A DNA stretch of 64,000 nt from an uncultured Gammaproteobacteria bacterium (lineage in GTDB: Bacteria; Patescibacteriota; Microgenomatia; UBA10105; UBA927): contig CAZGOA010000005.1 of the NCBI GenBank assembly GCA_964527425.1, positions 15,290-79,289 of the forward strand, written 5' to 3'. Under the pieces are notes generated by a model. That model worked only from the letters and a program-made list of their open reading frames with translations, had not been told where the DNA came from and did no database searches. Made by a program: the position numbers and the translations under genes. This document shows, one piece after another, positions 61,628 to 64,000 of this stretch. Position 1 is the first letter of the stretch; each line of letters opens with the position of its first letter.

Positions 61628-62446
61628 TTACCGGAATTGATGAATTTGTTGGTTTAGTGAGAGTGCACTTTCTCGAGCTTTTTCTGCAAAATTTAATTCA
61701 TTTGAAGAAAATAATACAGATCGAGATACGGTTATGATAATTCCTTTCCCACGACTATTCTTTCCTAAAGTAACCGTCTGCTTTAAATCTCCACCCTGCA
61801 TACCTATACCAGGAACTAAAAATGTTGTATTGGGCAACACTTCTCTCATTATCTTCAGTTCATCTGGCACTGTAGCACCAATAACTAATAAACAATTATT
61901 ATGCTCATTCCATTCATCAATAATTTTCCTCCCGATTATCATATATAACGGTTCATCCTTAACCATCATATTTTGAAATTCTTCTGCTCCGAGATTTGAT
62001 GTTCTACATAAAAAAATGCAACCCTTATCTTTTCTCGATAGAAATGGCTCGTTAGCAACTTTGCCTAAATACGGATTAAGTGTTATTGCATCTGCCCCAA
62101 GGTAGTCAAAAGCAAAAATCGCGTATCCGTTATTTGTACTTCCGATATCACCTCTTTTTGCATCAAGAATAATGGGTACCTCTGGATACGTTTTTCTAAT
62201 GTAATCGCATGTTTTTTTTAGTTGATCAATACCTTCTATGCCTTGAGCCTCATAAAAGGCACTATTTGGTTTATACGCACAGACAATATCATGGGTTGCA
62301 TCAATAATTGCTTTATTAAAATAATATTGGGAATCTTTACCCTGTAATGAATCAGGGATCAAATTAATATCGGTGTCTAATCCAATACAAAGAAGCGTAT
62401 TCTGTTTCGAAGAACACAGCTCAATTTTTTCCAAAAAAGTAGACAT
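61628..62446 (-). CDS. pyrF: Orotidine 5'-phosphate decarboxylase, type 2
   Basis: 272 aa. LLCIGLDTD...PIILDAKRGDIGSTN matches the long-form OMP decarboxylase. Confidence 0.78.
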   Translation of the reverse strand: MSTFLEKIELCSSKQNTLLCIGLDTDINLIPDSLQGKDSQYYFNKAIIDATHDIVCAYKPNSAFYEAQGIEGIDQLKKTCDYIRKTYPEVPIILDAKRGDIGSTNNGYAIFAFDYLGADAITLNPYLGKVANEPFLSRKDKGCIFLCRTSNLGAEEFQNMMVKDEPLYMIIGRKIIDEWNEHNNCLLVIGATVPDELKIMREVLPNTTFLVPGIGMQGGDLKQTVTLGKNSRGKGIIITVSRSVLFSSNELNFAEKARESALSLNQQIHQFR

Positions 62447-62449
62447 TAG

Positions 62450-63229
62450 TTACTTACCTTTTTTTGATAAATAATCACCCAAACCTTCAATAGCACGCAA
62501 TACTTCAAGAGGTAATGCAAACACAACAGTATTCGATTGATCAGATGAAATATCGTTTATAGAATTGAGTGTGCGTAAATGCAACGCACCCGGTACAGAA
62601 GTCATTATTTTTGCAGCTGTTGCTAAATTTTCTGCAGCCTTTACTTCTCCTTCAGAATTAATAATGGTTGCTTTCTTCTCTCGTTCTGCTTCTGCAGTTT
62701 TAGCCATAGTTCTAATCATAGACTCAGGCAAGACAATATCTTTTAGTTCGACTCCCATAATTTCTAACCCCCATGACTTAGACGTTTCTTCGACAATATC
62801 TCTTATTCTTTGCGCTATTTCATCACGGTTTGCCAATAAATCGTTTAAATCTACTTCTCCCACAACGTTTCGCATCGTCGTTTGAGCGAGCTGATCTACA
62901 GCATAATAAAAATATTCCACTTCCAGTATCGCTTTTGATGCATCAGTTACTTTGTAATATAAAACTGCAGAAATCTTTGTAGATACATTATCCTTTGTAA
63001 TCGCTTCCTGTTGAGGAACTTCAACTGCTTTTGTTCTTATGTCAACTTTTTGATAACTTTGAATAATCGGAATAACTAAGTTAATTCCTGGTTTCATGAT
63101 TTTTTGATACCTACCTAAGAAGAATAAAACTCCCCTCTCATATTCATTTATTAATTTGATACAAAGCAAGAGAAGTACAAATCCAACAATGCCTGCGACA
63201 ATTATAATTTCCATAAATCCTCCTGCCAA
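62450..63229 (-). CDS. SPFH/band-7 (stomatin/slipin-like) membrane protein
   Basis: 259 aa. N-terminal TM segment, SPFH core and a C-terminal coiled coil. Confidence 0.8.
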   Translation of the reverse strand: MAGGFMEIIIVAGIVGFVLLLLCIKLINEYERGVLFFLGRYQKIMKPGINLVIPIIQSYQKVDIRTKAVEVPQQEAITKDNVSTKISAVLYYKVTDASKAILEVEYFYYAVDQLAQTTMRNVVGEVDLNDLLANRDEIAQRIRDIVEETSKSWGLEIMGVELKDIVLPESMIRTMAKTAEAEREKKATIINSEGEVKAAENLATAAKIMTSVPGALHLRTLNSINDISSDQSNTVVFALPLEVLRAIEGLGDYLSKKGK

Positions 63230-63357
63230 TTATATTATCTCATAAGTATCAGTTTATTACCTCTATTTATTTCTTACTAACCATTAAGCTTCCCATTATG
63301 CGTACTTACAAATCTTATTTACAACTAACAGTAAAACTATATGTATTTAACTATCAA

Positions 63358-63942
63358 TTAAAACCATTTTTTCTTCATCGTTGGAGGAGAATAATGAGTT
63401 ATATGGTCGAATGCCTCCTGTGGAGTATTAGCTACAAAAAATAAATCTCTATACTCTGCTTTTACTGTAAATTCTGTAATCATTCTCTCAATTTGTAAAA
63501 GTAAGTGCTCAAAAAAATTATTCGTATTCAAAAATACTATCGCTTTATTATGGTATCCTAGTTGCTTTAGAACCAAAACTTCAATCACTTCATCTAGCGT
63601 CCCAAAACCACCAGCAACTGCAACAAAAGCTGTTGCTCTATCAGTCATTATTTTTTTTCGTTCTCTCAAGTCTTTGGTTATTATTAATTCATCTGCATCT
63701 TCATATTTAACCTCTTCAATTTTTTCAGGAATAACACCATACAACTTCCCATGGAATTGCTTCGTAGCATCAGCAACTGTACCCATTAAACCTTTTATAG
63801 ATCCTCCCCAAACTAATTCATACCCTGCCATTCCAATATATTTTCCTAATTCTACTGCAGCAACAACATAGTCTTGTGACACTATAGAACTAGACGAACA
63901 AAATACTGCGACTGAATGTTGCATATTTTCACAGTATACCAA
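63358..63942 (-). CDS. LOG-family protein (TIGR00730; cytokinin riboside 5'-monophosphate phosphoribohydrolase-like / lysine-decarboxylase-like)
   Basis: 194 aa. VAVFCSSSS...VWGGSIKGLMG...AVAGGFGTLDE matches LOG family motifs. Confidence 0.75.
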   Translation of the reverse strand: MVYCENMQHSVAVFCSSSSIVSQDYVVAAVELGKYIGMAGYELVWGGSIKGLMGTVADATKQFHGKLYGVIPEKIEEVKYEDADELIITKDLRERKKIMTDRATAFVAVAGGFGTLDEVIEVLVLKQLGYHNKAIVFLNTNNFFEHLLLQIERMITEFTVKAEYRDLFFVANTPQEAFDHITHYSPPTMKKKWF

Positions 63943-64000
63943 ATAATTTTTTTTATTTTCTTGCAGATAGGATCAGAACGAAACTACTAACAGACGGATA

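Overview
This is a low-GC (about 35%), gene-dense bacterial chromosomal segment with the standard genetic code: TGA acts as a stop codon. Proteins are small and divergent, rRNA genes are unlinked, the 23S rRNA carries an intron, and an ADP-forming acetyl-CoA synthetase is present. Together these suggest an uncultivated, reduced-genome lineage such as CPR/Patescibacteria. That placement is inference only.

Content from start to end:
- 1–15.7 kb: the 3' end of rsmI, then a minus-strand energy and central-carbon block (ADP-forming acetyl-CoA synthetase, gpmI, eno, ppsA), bifunctional PGI/PMI, phosphomannomutase, holA-like, a GT-C glycosyltransferase and rarA.
- 15.7–19.6 kb: a minus-strand rRNA operon consisting only of tRNA-Ala(UGC)–23S–5S, with no 16S. 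The 23S is interrupted by a roughly 292-nt ORF-less insertion in the peptidyl-transferase centre, at a classic group I intron site.
- 19.7–30 kb: a Y-family polymerase with a tightly coupled 87-aa partner gene, coaBC, a gluconokinase-like gene, tdk, a J-domain protein, xseAB, an LTXXQ-like periplasmic protein, rpoD (consensus promoter, apparently leaderless), an MhqO/MhqD-like dioxygenase/esterase pair and tRNA-Glu(UUC).
- 30–47.8 kb: a DPBB (RlpA-like) secreted protein, an amidinotransferase-fold enzyme, hflX overlapping a DUF4258 gene, glpX, an LCP protein, DUF2207, SRPBCC, sppA, DUF4112, truB and an RND permease with its adaptor and no outer-membrane factor.
- 48–64 kb: several hypotheticals, a CofE-like ligase, a tandem-GH130 glycoside phosphorylase, a phosphodiester glycosidase, UbiA, an M29 aminopeptidase, a DEDDh-exonuclease/GIY-YIG fusion, tdh-kbl, a YgjP-like hydrolase, a methyltransferase, pyrF, an SPFH protein and a LOG-family protein.

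Structures not explained by the genes:
- The putative 23S group I intron.
- A GC-rich palindromic double-hairpin element present in two copies (47.9 kb and 59.46 kb), with compensatory base changes and a conserved GGAAATACTATAAG flank.
- An rRNA leader with a consensus promoter, a boxA-like tract and a terminator-like hairpin immediately before tRNA-Ala.

No CRISPR array, transposase or integrase was recognised. No coherent defence-type gene cluster could be supported from the sequence alone.
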